From a virus: 64,000 nucleotides of DNA. Below are positions 44,838 to 55,000 of the stretch, one piece after another; position 1 is the stretch's first letter, and every line of letters begins with the position of its first letter. The notes under the pieces are model-generated. The model had not been told where the DNA came from, made no database searches, and was given only the letters and a program-made list of their open reading frames with translations. A program made the translations under genes and the position numbers. The stretch lies in IMG/VR virus record IMGVR_UViG_3300050343_000218. The stretch is one strand, 5' to 3'.

Positions 44838-44996
44838 TTAAGACTCTTTATTAGTATTTAGATCAGACCATTTACTGTGAGACCAGCAACCGTCCCTAAC
44901 TCCGAATGTAGTTTTGTTACTAAACTTAAAACGTTCGTTGATCTTTTTCAATCCTGCATCCTCTAAATCCTTGAGGATTTCTTTAAAGGAGCGCAT
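44838..44996 (-). CDS. Small hypothetical protein (52 aa; start revised to 44996)
   Basis: MRSFKEILKDLED...; late promoter at 45023-45029. Confidence 0.45.
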   Translation of the reverse strand: MRSFKEILKDLEDAGLKKINERFKFSNKTTFGVRDGCWSHSKWSDLNTNKES

Positions 44997-45022
44997 ATTT
45001 TTAAAATAGGAGTTTCCCCAAC

Positions 45023-45040
45023 TATTTATCAACATAAATA
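45023..45040. promoter_or_regulatory. Back-to-back late promoters (ATAAATA on each strand)
   Basis: TATTTAT 45023-45029 (minus) and ATAAATA 45034-45040 (plus) at the strand switch. Confidence 0.7.
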
Positions 45041-45071
45041 TTTTTGGATAAGCTCTCTATCTCTCTATCTA

Positions 45072-45566
45072 ATGACTAAATTATTGCCATTAGTAATGAT
45101 TCTGATGACCGCATCTGCTGCACAAGCTGGCGGACTTGTATCAAAACACGCTTCTAGCGTTCAACTAACTGTTGATGCAGCTAGAACTCAAGCGACAAGA
45201 ATTGGTTCCTCATTTAGTATCTCTGGTTCAAACATTGATACTACTGACGGTAACACAGCAGGCACAGTGTCTGTAGGCACGATCACGTCTGGAGTATATG
45301 CTCCTGGCACTATTGCTGCTACTCAAGACACAGCAGGTACTGCGTTCTCATTTAGTCAGTCTTATACACAGGCTGATGCGGTCCCAACTGGTGCTCCTAC
45401 TGTAGGAGCTGTTCCTAACTTCAGTAATGTAACTTCTTACACTGCTGGTACTGCTGGAGCATTAGCTGGTACAATTACTTCGGCAGGGGTAATCGGAGTG
45501 ACTGCTGGCGGGGCTGGTACGACAGCTACTGGACAATTTGTGAGTGAGATCACTGTCATTGACTGA
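45072..45566 (+). CDS. Secreted beta-rich hypothetical protein
   Basis: Signal peptide MTKLLPLVMILMTASAAQA; Thr/Ser/Gly/Ala-rich. Confidence 0.8.
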   Translation: MTKLLPLVMILMTASAAQAGGLVSKHASSVQLTVDAARTQATRIGSSFSISGSNIDTTDGNTAGTVSVGTITSGVYAPGTIAATQDTAGTAFSFSQSYTQADAVPTGAPTVGAVPNFSNVTSYTAGTAGALAGTITSAGVIGVTAGGAGTTATGQFVSEITVID

Positions 45567-45577
45567 GGATAGTAACA

Positions 45578-46015
45578 ATGAAAACTATGATTCGTTGGTC
45601 TGTCCTTGCTGCGGTGGGTGCAAGTGCCATACTTGCTCCTGCCCAGGCGGTCCCTGTGGTCCCAAATTTCACACAGGGATCAATGTCGAGCCACACGGAG
45701 ACAACACAAACGATAACAGAAACGATAAACAGTATGGATTATTCCACTGGTTATCAATACTCCGCGACTGGTTCGGGAGTAACCGCTAGCGGGAATCTTT
45801 CCCCTAGTATGAATGAAAATAACATTACTATTAATGGAGTGGCATCGAAATGGATTGGGGTGCAATCAAAACCTTCCTTCACGCAAACGACACCAGGATC
45901 AGCTTTCCAGTTTACGGAAACTCTTTCAGCACCTGGATTGCAAAATCACACAATTATAAACAGAGTGACCGAGGTTACAAGCGTAACCGACACGACAAGT
46001 ATCTTCTCGCAATAA
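45578..46015 (+). CDS. Secreted beta-rich hypothetical protein
   Basis: GAGGA SD; signal peptide ending PAQA, then VPVVPNFTQG. Confidence 0.8.
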   Translation: MKTMIRWSVLAAVGASAILAPAQAVPVVPNFTQGSMSSHTETTQTITETINSMDYSTGYQYSATGSGVTASGNLSPSMNENNITINGVASKWIGVQSKPSFTQTTPGSAFQFTETLSAPGLQNHTIINRVTEVTSVTDTTSIFSQ

Positions 46016-46821
46016 AAGCATTATGTCTATCTGCCCTATCTGTAAGTGTAGCTGCCCCTGTAAATGCGGAAACTGTGGGGGGTGTAAGTGCAACCGCATC
46101 TCCCGTAGCAAATAGCTCTGGCTCAGTTACCAATCAAGCTATTCAGGTATTACAAGGACCGTATATCACTAACACATATGGTGGTGGAATCCAGTGTCAA
46201 GGACCCACCAGAAACTTCACGCCATATGTAACAGGAAGTGCGTCTGCTTCCAAACCATACGAAGATTATTATAACGATCCAGTATATGATATCAGTGATA
46301 ATTTTGGTGCCTTCGATGATGATGGAAATGCTGTTGGGGACGGCATTATCGACAATCCAGGTGACATTCTCTTCCATAAGAGAACACGTACTGGACAGAA
46401 AGATAACTACAGTCTAGGTGTTGGTTTCTCTATGACGTGGAGTACACCTACCGACAAGAAACTGCAGGAGCTATGTAAAGAAGCAGCTGCTTCTAACATT
46501 GAGATGATGAAACAGCTGACTGCCAATAAAAGATTGGATTTTGAGATTGCGAGACTTAAGAATTGTGGTCAACTAATGAAGGATGGAATTAGTTTTCATC
46601 CCAGAAGTCCTTACTATAAAATATGTGCCGATGTCGTAGTGCAGAACGTAAATACTATCCAACAGCATAATCATTCTATACCTGTTGCTATTCCTATTAC
46701 TTCTTCTTCTTCTGACTCTTCGCCGCAACAGACCGAAGCTTTGCAATCGCTTCATTCCGAAGACGCTGCTCTGCTCGGCGTTCCGTTACAGATTCAACCT
46801 TTGGTTTCTTCCCCCGAATAG
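46012..46821 (+). CDS. Secreted hypothetical protein with Cys motifs; probable ATA start at 46012
   Basis: (I/M)KALCLSALSVSVAAPVNA signal peptide starts at ATA overlapping the upstream TAA; IQCQGP, LCKEAA, LKNCG, ICADV. Confidence 0.7.
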   Translation: MKALCLSALSVSVAAPVNAETVGGVSATASPVANSSGSVTNQAIQVLQGPYITNTYGGGIQCQGPTRNFTPYVTGSASASKPYEDYYNDPVYDISDNFGAFDDDGNAVGDGIIDNPGDILFHKRTRTGQKDNYSLGVGFSMTWSTPTDKKLQELCKEAAASNIEMMKQLTANKRLDFEIARLKNCGQLMKDGISFHPRSPYYKICADVVVQNVNTIQQHNHSIPVAIPITSSSSDSSPQQTEALQSLHSEDAALLGVPLQIQPLVSSPE

Positions 46822-47515
46822 CAGCAACCTTCTTCAGAACTTTCTTCACTGTAGGTTTGATTACCTTCAGAAGAATGTCAGCGAATGGTTTAGCAAGCAG
46901 TGCAGATGTAGTAGCAACTACAGCAATACCCCCAGTGGTGATCACAACACCAGTTGGGGGTAATCCATTTAATACTTGTGTAACTATAGGTACATCACCT
47001 ACCTCTCGGATACATTGGTCTCCAACCAACTTGTATCCTAATACTTCTTTGCGTCCACTATCGAACAGGAACCCCACGGGTTCTTTAGATAACTGTTCTT
47101 GAGTAGGACACTGAATGTTTGGTGGTGGTGGAGTAGGTGGTGGTGGAGTACCTGGTGCTTTTGTGTCTGTAGGTGGATTAGTTTCTGATCCTTTGTATGC
47201 AGGTACAGGAGCTTCACTACTAAAATCGAGATTTTTTTTATCGTAGTCCATCGGATTGTACGATGGAGTTCCAGCATCACAAAATACCTTTACGCCTTTA
47301 GGATCTTCTACATTAATTGCAAAGTTATCTTTTTTATTCTGCTCGTGAGCTTCTACACATCCAGGCATATTAATGACAGGGACGCCAATATTTACAACTA
47401 CAGGTTGTGTTTGATATACTTGAGGTACTGATGGCAACCTGTTGGTAATTGGTTTGAAATTAATATCATCAATTGAGATACTATCAGTGTTTATCTCATT
47501 AATAATGATGTCCAT
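46697..47515 (-). CDS. Pro-rich hypothetical protein with C-terminal TM segment and basic tail
   Basis: IGVPVINMPGCVEAHE, PPPTPPPP linker, VVITTGGIAVVATTSALL, KKVLKK; TGATG coupling. Confidence 0.75.
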   Translation of the reverse strand: MDIIINEINTDSISIDDINFKPITNRLPSVPQVYQTQPVVVNIGVPVINMPGCVEAHEQNKKDNFAINVEDPKGVKVFCDAGTPSYNPMDYDKKNLDFSSEAPVPAYKGSETNPPTDTKAPGTPPPPTPPPPNIQCPTQEQLSKEPVGFLFDSGRKEVLGYKLVGDQCIREVGDVPIVTQVLNGLPPTGVVITTGGIAVVATTSALLAKPFADILLKVIKPTVKKVLKKVAAIRGKKPKVESVTERRAEQRLRNEAIAKLRSVAAKSQKKKK

Positions 47516-48117
47516 CAGCAATCATCAAATACACTACCAACTGTAGAACCGAGACTCGATCCTACTTTCTGTCCTAAGAGCAATGCCCATCCACCTGCCA
47601 ACCAACCCACGTAGGGGACGCTAGCAAGGGCAGGAGCAGCAACACCAGCAGCTAGAGCACTACCTGCCATTGCACCTTGTGAGCGTGCGCCAGCGTCCGC
47701 TATTAAACACTGTACGTCTTTCGCAGACTTTCCCTCGCTGTCAACACCCCCAATATTTCTAGTCCCATCCATAGTGTATTGATCACTACGAAACTCGGTG
47801 CGGTCTTCAAATGTCTTACCACCAAAGAAACCACTTTTACTTTTAGTAAGGTCTAAGGATTTCTGTGACTCAAGGATAGCAGGATCGTTTGCTTTGTATT
47901 CGATACTGTAACCTTCCTTACCTGCTTGAATTTTGTAAGAAGAATACGGTGTGCCGCGTGGGATATTGATGGTAGGGACTTGAGGATGCTCTGGTCTATG
48001 AATGACATACCCCAACAATCCAACGTGCGCTAGTGCAAAGAGTCCACCCAAGGTCAATGCAATACCTTTAATAGGTGACTTGCGTGGTGCTTGGTCGGTT
48101 GAGTTGAGGTCAGACAT
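47515..48117 (-). CDS. Membrane protein with glycine zipper
   Basis: N-terminal TM IALTLGGLFALAHVGLLGYVI; C-terminal GAMAGSALAAG...GWLAGG...GSSLGSTVG. Confidence 0.75.
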   Translation of the reverse strand: MSDLNSTDQAPRKSPIKGIALTLGGLFALAHVGLLGYVIHRPEHPQVPTINIPRGTPYSSYKIQAGKEGYSIEYKANDPAILESQKSLDLTKSKSGFFGGKTFEDRTEFRSDQYTMDGTRNIGGVDSEGKSAKDVQCLIADAGARSQGAMAGSALAAGVAAPALASVPYVGWLAGGWALLLGQKVGSSLGSTVGSVFDDC

Positions 48118-48119
48118 AT

Positions 48120-48353
48120 CTAGAAAGGCAAAGCGGGTCCTGTTGAAGTTGGTAGTTCTGGCATCTCAGGCATAGCAGCATCCATCATTCCAGGAAGTGC
48201 TCCTGTAATTGCTTCTGCAGCTGCAGCTGCGATTTGATCTTTTGCGTTTTCGATCATTGCATCTTTATTTGCATATACATATGCACCGCCACCAACGATG
48301 GCACCAGATACGGCAAATGAAAGAATTGAAAGTACGTTAATAATTTTTTGCAT
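48120..48353 (-). CDS. Small membrane-anchored protein
   Basis: MQKIINVLSILSFAVSGAIVGGGAYVY, then a helical/Pro-rich tail. Confidence 0.75.
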   Translation of the reverse strand: MQKIINVLSILSFAVSGAIVGGGAYVYANKDAMIENAKDQIAAAAAEAITGALPGMMDAAMPEMPELPTSTGPALPF

Positions 48354-48355
48354 CG

Positions 48356-48775
48356 TTACATTTTGTAGGTTTCATCTGTAGAAATTTTGATTGGTCCCTG
48401 CTCAAGACGAATAGTCTGCGAAGGTGCAGTTTGTGCTGCTTTCTCAATCAATCTTTCCATCTGGTCTTTTGTGATACCACCATTACTACCACCACCTTCT
48501 CCTGCTTTCTTCGCTGCCTGGACACCAAAAGTAGCTAAAACTCCAGTGAAGACGCTGGCAATAAAAGTCGGATCTAGTTTCTGCTCTGGGATACCCAGTG
48601 CAGGTGGAAGTTTGATGTATGCAAGCGTGAGAATTCCCCCGCTCCACACAAGAATGCCGAGCCTAACAAAAGTAGACAGAATAGCAAGCTGTTCTTCTTT
48701 GTCATCTGCTGCCTCTTTAATTTTACCGAGAAGACCTTTCTTTTTAGGGTCTTCTTTTTTAACTTCGTCAGGCAT
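48356..48775 (-). CDS. Two-TM membrane protein (start revised to 48775)
   Basis: Charged N-terminus, LAILSTFVRLGILVWSGGILTLAYI and FIASVFTGVLATFGV; ATAAATA at 48797-48803. Confidence 0.75.
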   Translation of the reverse strand: MPDEVKKEDPKKKGLLGKIKEAADDKEEQLAILSTFVRLGILVWSGGILTLAYIKLPPALGIPEQKLDPTFIASVFTGVLATFGVQAAKKAGEGGGSNGGITKDQMERLIEKAAQTAPSQTIRLEQGPIKISTDETYKM

Positions 48776-48795
48776 CGAATACAATCAAGGCTCTT

Positions 48796-49233
48796 CTATT
48801 TATCTATTTGCTCCTCATTTCCTTCTAGTTCTGCACGTTTCAGCATCTTCGCAAGATCGGCAGTACTACCAACAAACATAGTATTGTTTACTGTTGACGG
48901 ACCCTTTGCGTCTTTTCCTTCTTTTACTTCTTTAGTATCCTTCTGGAGTTTCATCAACTTATCAGTTGTATCTCCTAAATTTTTAATCATCAAAGCTGCA
49001 ACTTCGTATGCTCTGGGATGATCAGACGATGCAGCAACGTCAAGAATACCGTTCAAAGCTTCTTGACCTTTTTCTATTAGGTTGTAAAGTTGACCACGAG
49101 TATATTCATAGTCCTTCGTGACATCTTCTTCTCTGACTTTCTTTTCTTCTGGAACAACTGTAGACTGTACCACTTCGACTTCCTCGTCAGGAAGATTAAA
49201 AACGTCTTGCATATTTTCGTCTAGTTTGCTCAT
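48796..49233 (-). CDS. gp16: Terminase small subunit
   Basis: DYEYTRGQLYNLIEKGQEAL...SDHPRAYEV...NNTMFVGSTADL. Confidence 0.92.
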   Translation of the reverse strand: MSKLDENMQDVFNLPDEEVEVVQSTVVPEEKKVREEDVTKDYEYTRGQLYNLIEKGQEALNGILDVAASSDHPRAYEVAALMIKNLGDTTDKLMKLQKDTKEVKEGKDAKGPSTVNNTMFVGSTADLAKMLKRAELEGNEEQIDK

Positions 49234-50024
49234 AAGAATTCAAAACCTTCATTAAAACCAAAGTTGTCATCTGGTGCTACTAAAGCATCATCAGCTGATG
49301 TAATCACACCATCGCCATCTTTATCTTCCAGTGCCTTAGGTGTATATGTAAGACGAATATCTTTTCTTCTATTCGAGTCAGACATATTACCAATCTCCAT
49401 AATAGATTTCTTAATAACACTGATGTTGGTAAGAGGACCGTAGAGATATGTTTTTACTGTAAAACTTAATCTGTATTCTAGGTAACGACGTTGCTTAAAG
49501 TCTCCATCATATTGATCGGTGTAATCAACATTGTTAAGAACAACAGGAACGTCTCTAACTTCATCCATATCAGGAATCATCTTGATAGGGATATTAAAAG
49601 CTGGTTGGAAATATGGAAGAATTTGTTCCAGGATACTCAAACCATCATCTTGAGACTTAGCAAGAATACCTAATTCAAATCCTATGTTATAAGGAACAGG
49701 CATATATTGCTTTCTGACACCGCCAGTTGCGTCATCCGTATTCTTGTATATTTGAATAGGACTAGTCTTTCTCGTACCATCGTACGTATAACTAGTCATC
49801 TCAAAATATAATCTCGGAAGAGTCACCTGAGACTGTTTGTCTACATTAGGTAGATCTTCCAATCTCACGACAAATTTATCTCTAGGACCATATGCTAGAG
49901 GAACCTTTTCGCGAATCACTTCGTTGCCAGCTTCGTCTAAGTCACGCAATTCGATATTATTAAAAATAGTACCGAACGCAATGACTGTACGCCGAATAGT
50001 GCCGTTATAGAAATACTGTAACAT
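49230..50024 (-). CDS. gp15: Tail sheath stabiliser / completion protein
   Basis: YFYNGTIRRTVIAFGTIFNNI, VPLAYGP, LPRLYFEM, EQILPYFQP. Confidence 0.95.
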   Translation of the reverse strand: MLQYFYNGTIRRTVIAFGTIFNNIELRDLDEAGNEVIREKVPLAYGPRDKFVVRLEDLPNVDKQSQVTLPRLYFEMTSYTYDGTRKTSPIQIYKNTDDATGGVRKQYMPVPYNIGFELGILAKSQDDGLSILEQILPYFQPAFNIPIKMIPDMDEVRDVPVVLNNVDYTDQYDGDFKQRRYLEYRLSFTVKTYLYGPLTNISVIKKSIMEIGNMSDSNRRKDIRLTYTPKALEDKDGDGVITSADDALVAPDDNFGFNEGFEFL

Positions 50025-50887
50025 TAGAAACTACCTGTCTTATTTCCGATATCTCCGAATGGATTTCTTTCGGAGAAGTCAATGACATCATCTGCCTTGA
50101 ATTCAATAATTTGATTATCGTCATACTGTATACTTTCTATGGTAACAGTAGTGAACGATTGAATAGTACCGCTGCCGTTTGGACCTGTGACAATCTCATT
50201 TTCTTGGAACGATCCTTTAGGATAGACAACGGTAAGTTTACCAGTGCCAGAATCAAAGTCTACGACAGTACCAGAAGCACCACCAGCTGCTGTAAAGTCT
50301 TCACCTTCAGCAAAGGTGCCAGTAACATTGATCAGTGTAATCGGGAAGGTATAAGCTTCCTTCTCTAGTTGATCAACAGCAAGATCGCCAGTATCAAAGA
50401 GAGTGTTACCACGCTCCATAATTTCAGCGGTGATGGTGTAGAAATAAACTTTCCCCAATTGGAAGAAAGGCATTTCTTTTTCAACGAATTTGATTTCGTA
50501 ATTATCACCTGTTAAGGGATAATGAATGATATCTCCTTCATTGGGTCGATCAGGAAGTTGCGGATTTGCTGCATCAACTTGACTCCACCTATTGACAGAA
50601 ACAACAAATGTTGCTTCGTCTGTGATACGGAGACCAAACTTTGTAACGAGCTCAGCACCCATTCCACCGAATCCTTCTACGTTTTGTAGAAGCATCTCCA
50701 CTACGTATATATCCTCAAAACGTGAAAGAACGACATCATTCAACACATCGTCCTGAATCATCACTCTTGGAATATACTTAATGTCACTCCCAAAAAGTTT
50801 AATTTGTTCATCTACAAGATCTTGTACAAGACCCTGTTCTCCAGATGTACCGCCGTGTAAAGCGGGAAAGTAAGGACTAGTAGGCAT
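50024..50887 (-). CDS. gp14: Neck protein
   Basis: EQGLVQDLVDEQIKLFG...YIPR, RPNEGDIIHYP, PFFQLGK, DFSERNPFG. Confidence 0.95.
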   Translation of the reverse strand: MPTSPYFPALHGGTSGEQGLVQDLVDEQIKLFGSDIKYIPRVMIQDDVLNDVVLSRFEDIYVVEMLLQNVEGFGGMGAELVTKFGLRITDEATFVVSVNRWSQVDAANPQLPDRPNEGDIIHYPLTGDNYEIKFVEKEMPFFQLGKVYFYTITAEIMERGNTLFDTGDLAVDQLEKEAYTFPITLINVTGTFAEGEDFTAAGGASGTVVDFDSGTGKLTVVYPKGSFQENEIVTGPNGSGTIQSFTTVTIESIQYDDNQIIEFKADDVIDFSERNPFGDIGNKTGSF

Positions 50888-51690
50888 TACCCGATAAGAT
50901 CGTAGGGCGGTAAGGCATAAGTAGAAAGAATCTCAGATTCTATTTTTTCTACTTCAGCAACAGCTTCGGTGTAAATCTTTTCTCCATTGAGAGAAATCCC
51001 ACCAGGCAGTTGAACACCAGTATATTTTGTCAAGTTGGTACCCCATTGTCTCTTTACGAGAGCGGTGAGATACTTCTTCAGGAATGGATCATTATAAATT
51101 TGTGTGTATGTGGTGGGATCCAATGCTCTATAGCATTCGATAATCAGGAACTCACCTTTTTTAATATCCTCAGCTGCTGTATCAAGATAAAGACGATCTT
51201 GTCTCTGATTCCATCTATACTGAATAAATGTTCCGTTGTTCAAAACAAAGTCAAGAGTTTCTAGATAACTCTTAGTCATATAATAATTTAAAATATCTAC
51301 AGCACCAAAGTGGTAGAGGTCATTAAGAAATATTTGATACTCAATACCAAAAAGAGCACCTCTGATCCCACTAGACTTAATACCAAAAATACGATTAATA
51401 CCATAAACGTGTTCAGGGATAGGGATGTAGTTATCCCTTTCAGTCCACTCGCTTCCTGAAACTGATGTGGTTTGATTTTGCGATTTAAATCTTGTGACAT
51501 CATCTTCCGTAATCTCGTGCTTCAGCATCATTTTTTCGGTGCCGTTGTATGTCCACTCTGCAAATTTTTGCAAAGCGTCATCCGTCAGATCATCGATCTG
51601 CTCTTGGGCAACGTTAACTTGCAAGACAGGTTCGCCAAGCTGCCTCTTGCAATAGTTCTGTAATTCAGTTCTCGTACTTGGTGACGCCAT
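50887..51690 (-). CDS. gp13: Neck protein
   Basis: YCKRQLGEPV, FLKKYLTALVKRQWGTNLTKY, QLPGGISLNG; CTAAATA at 51714-51720. Confidence 0.95.
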   Translation of the reverse strand: MASPSTRTELQNYCKRQLGEPVLQVNVAQEQIDDLTDDALQKFAEWTYNGTEKMMLKHEITEDDVTRFKSQNQTTSVSGSEWTERDNYIPIPEHVYGINRIFGIKSSGIRGALFGIEYQIFLNDLYHFGAVDILNYYMTKSYLETLDFVLNNGTFIQYRWNQRQDRLYLDTAAEDIKKGEFLIIECYRALDPTTYTQIYNDPFLKKYLTALVKRQWGTNLTKYTGVQLPGGISLNGEKIYTEAVAEVEKIESEILSTYALPPYDLIG

Positions 51691-51776
51691 CGCACAAAAA
51701 TACCCTTCTTATCTATTTAGCCGTACGTAAAGTACTGCTTTAACAGAGAGAAGGGTAGAAAGTCGGATACTAAAGC

Positions 51777-51989
51777 TTAGGCAACCTCTGCTTCGGTAAG
51801 CAGTTCACGCTCGGGTGCTTCGCCATCTGGTTCATTTTGATCCTGCAGGATATTCAATCCTTCTACAGCACCTTGGAGTTTCAGGTAACGCTCTTTGGCA
51901 TTTGCAAGCTTCTGTTCGTAGTCAGCAATCTCTTTCATCAGGTCTTTAGCCTGAGTAGAGAAGTTGAGAATAAGTTCTTCAGTGGTCAT
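51777..51989 (-). CDS. Small coiled-coil hypothetical protein
   Basis: EQKLANAKERYLKLQGAVEGL heptads; follows the giant structural gene. Confidence 0.7.
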   Translation of the reverse strand: MTTEELILNFSTQAKDLMKEIADYEQKLANAKERYLKLQGAVEGLNILQDQNEPDGEAPERELLTEAEVA

Positions 51990-52009
51990 TTTGGATTCTT
52001 TAATTACGT

Positions 52010-52035
52010 AAAAAAGAGGGGACCGAAGTCCCCCC
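52010..52035 (-). terminator. Rho-independent terminator with cUUCGg loop
   Basis: GGGGAC-TTCG-GTCCCC-TC-TTTTTT; CTAAATA at 52046-52052 immediately upstream. Confidence 0.85.
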
Positions 52036-52078
52036 TAGTATAGAGTATTTAGTTGTCCAGGTCAATCGGTTTCCCGTA

Positions 52079-55000
52079 TTATGCCTGAGACTCACTCCAG
52101 GAAATACGACCCGTGACGGTGAAGGGTGAGGTGTTGTTCACACCCGTAAGGTCAACAGGTTCAGCGATAACAGTCAGGAGGTCAGGTCCGTTCGGGAAGA
52201 TACCGTCACCGCCGAGGATGGAGTTACCCATCTCAACCAGGGTGCTAATATCATACGAGATGGAACCTGTACCACGCTTACCAGAGTTGTCAATCTGACC
52301 ACCAGCAGCACGGAAGGAGAAGATCTCAAGACCACCAGCGTAGGTGTCGTCCACCGTGTGCTTGATCAACTGAGACAGTGACGGAGGTGCCACGTCTAAG
52401 TATTGGTCAGTGGACAGCGACGGGTTCAAGATCAGTTTGATCTCGCACTCGTGCGTGTTCACGATGTCAAGAGAGTTGAGCTGCAACTGCATTCGGTTGA
52501 TGATCTCACGTTCACCCAAGGAACCAGACAGCGAAGAGTCCACAGAAGGCGACAGGCGAATAGACACCAACGGAATCTGCGAAGGCACCACGTTGTCAGT
52601 ACCAGTAACTGCACCAACCGAGAATTGAGTGCCACTAGGAACAGCAGGACTACCCAGATCACTATTAATGATGCTGGTACCTCTGTTGTACTGGAAGCGC
52701 TCGTTACCGTTAGTATCGATATACAAGAAGTCAACTTCTAGATTACCGCTCGAAGAACGAGAACGATAGATAGCGCGACCATCTACGAACCAACCATTAG
52801 CAATGGTAGTCTGATACACAGTAGTACCCTGTGTTAGCTTACCAGACTCACTAGTTGGGAAGAACGTTCTAATGTAGAAACGCATATTACGCGACCAACC
52901 TTCACCAACGTTATATTGGGATTGGATTGACGAGTTTTGGTTCGTTGTAGCGCTTTGTGCAACTTCGTTGGTAAACTTCAGCAAGTTACCAGATGCAGTA
53001 AACAGATACGCTTTGTCACTATCGAATCTACCATCGGTGATAACAGAAGTACCCCAGTGGAACAGAGACGGAATGTAAGTCGGAATACCAACGTTCTGAA
53101 TCTCATAACGTGCAGGCAAGTTACCAGATCTGAAGTATGCCTCGGTCAAGCGGTTGTTGTGCTTGAACTCGTGGATGTACTTAACGTGACCGTTCTGATC
53201 CTTAAATCCGAAACGAATCTTACCAGCACCATACCAGGAGTAGTCCATATACGCCATCTGGATCTTACTGATGTCTAGAATAAATCCAGACTTACCAGAT
53301 CCATCACAGTTATCGACGTTCCATTCGCCCTGAGGCTTCTTGGTATCGATTGTCTTAGTCAGAATGATGTTAGCAGCGGTGATACCCTTGTATTGTGGTT
53401 GAACAACAATCTGGTTGTTGTTAACAACACGAATAACTTTATGGGACTGACCACGAATAACAACGTAATCATTCACGGACAGCTGTGAGATGAACGCAGT
53501 GTCATCACCATCAACCACATTAGAACCACGAGTCACAGAAACGCGACCAGTCAGTTGTGTAGTAGAAGAACGACGGACACAGTTCAGTACTGAACCGTTG
53601 TACTCAAAGAACATACCGTTCTGGAAGTCGTACATACCGCAACGGACGTTGGAACCACTCCAGTTAAGAACGTGGTAACCTGTGAAACCGCCAGCAGCAG
53701 ATGATGTAGGCTCTTGATCAAGAATGAAAGTATAAGTAAATTCGTCAGTTATAGTGGCAACACTATAGGTGCCGTTATAAGAAACGTCATCAGCATCAAC
53801 GAACTTGATAGTTGTACCAACTTCAAGGTTATGTGGAAGCTTCGTCTCAACAATAACGCGGTGATAGGTTGTACCATCAACGTAAGGTGAGTAGAAGACT
53901 CGGATTGCAGGGTTCTTAGGACAGAAGTTAATAGCAAGTGAACACTGGATACCTTTACCTGACTGGTAACGGAAATATCTACGTGTCTGTCTTACAATCT
54001 GACCGTCTGGAGACTTACTAGTACCAATCTCCATACCACCGTCAAATGGTCTGTGGAGGAAGAATCCATCAGGACGCACATAAATTGCGGTGTCGATGAA
54101 GTATTCGGTAGGACCAGAAGAGTTGACAGCTCCTGTAGTAAATACTGCATCATCAGTTGTCAGCAGTTCAGTGTCATCCTTAATTGCTGCAATAGTAGTC
54201 TCGATAATCGAGAACGTTCCAGCAGAATTATTATTAACATAACGGAACGGATCACCCACTTTAAAGTAGCGTGTGAAGTTCGTATCAGTACCAATAACAA
54301 TACGTGAACCAGTCTGTGTAGCAACCAAACCAGCACCAACCACACGACCGTCCATATTAGTATGGATCAGTTTCTGCAGAGGTGTCTGCGAACCACCAGA
54401 AGTGAACTGGACATTAGTACCAGCAAGAGCACCTGCTAGTGATTCTGATAGTTTGAGATGATCTTGATCAATCACGATCACGAAGTAGTCACGGTTATCA
54501 ACCAGACCACCAACGGTTGTACCGCCAGCATCCTGATAAATTACACGCTGACCAGTCTTCATAAAGTGATTTTCGATGCGCAAGGTGTGATCAGTAGTAT
54601 CGACCATACCAGAGCTACCAGTTTCACGTGCGTCGAACGTCTTCGTGGAAGGAACGATCTGGAACGGAACTTCGATAACAAGTTGAGTTGCGTCTTTGAC
54701 ATCACTAACACTATAGGCACCATCAGTAGCACCGAATGCAGCAGTCTGGTTCTCAAACACTTGAGTACCTGAACCACCAGAAGTGACATCGATTTCTCCA
54801 CCAGGATAGCTGAAGGAAGAACTCGAACCAAGGGCAAAACGATCGTTGCTAACAACCTTAACGTAATACTGACTACTAGGCGTCAAGTTACCAATTGCGG
54901 TACCAGCCGTGGTGTAGAACAAACGCTCGCCGTTAGACAAGTTATGGTTCTCGTAGTAGAAAGAGTTACGGAGAGGGTTGGAGAAGATACCCGTCATACC

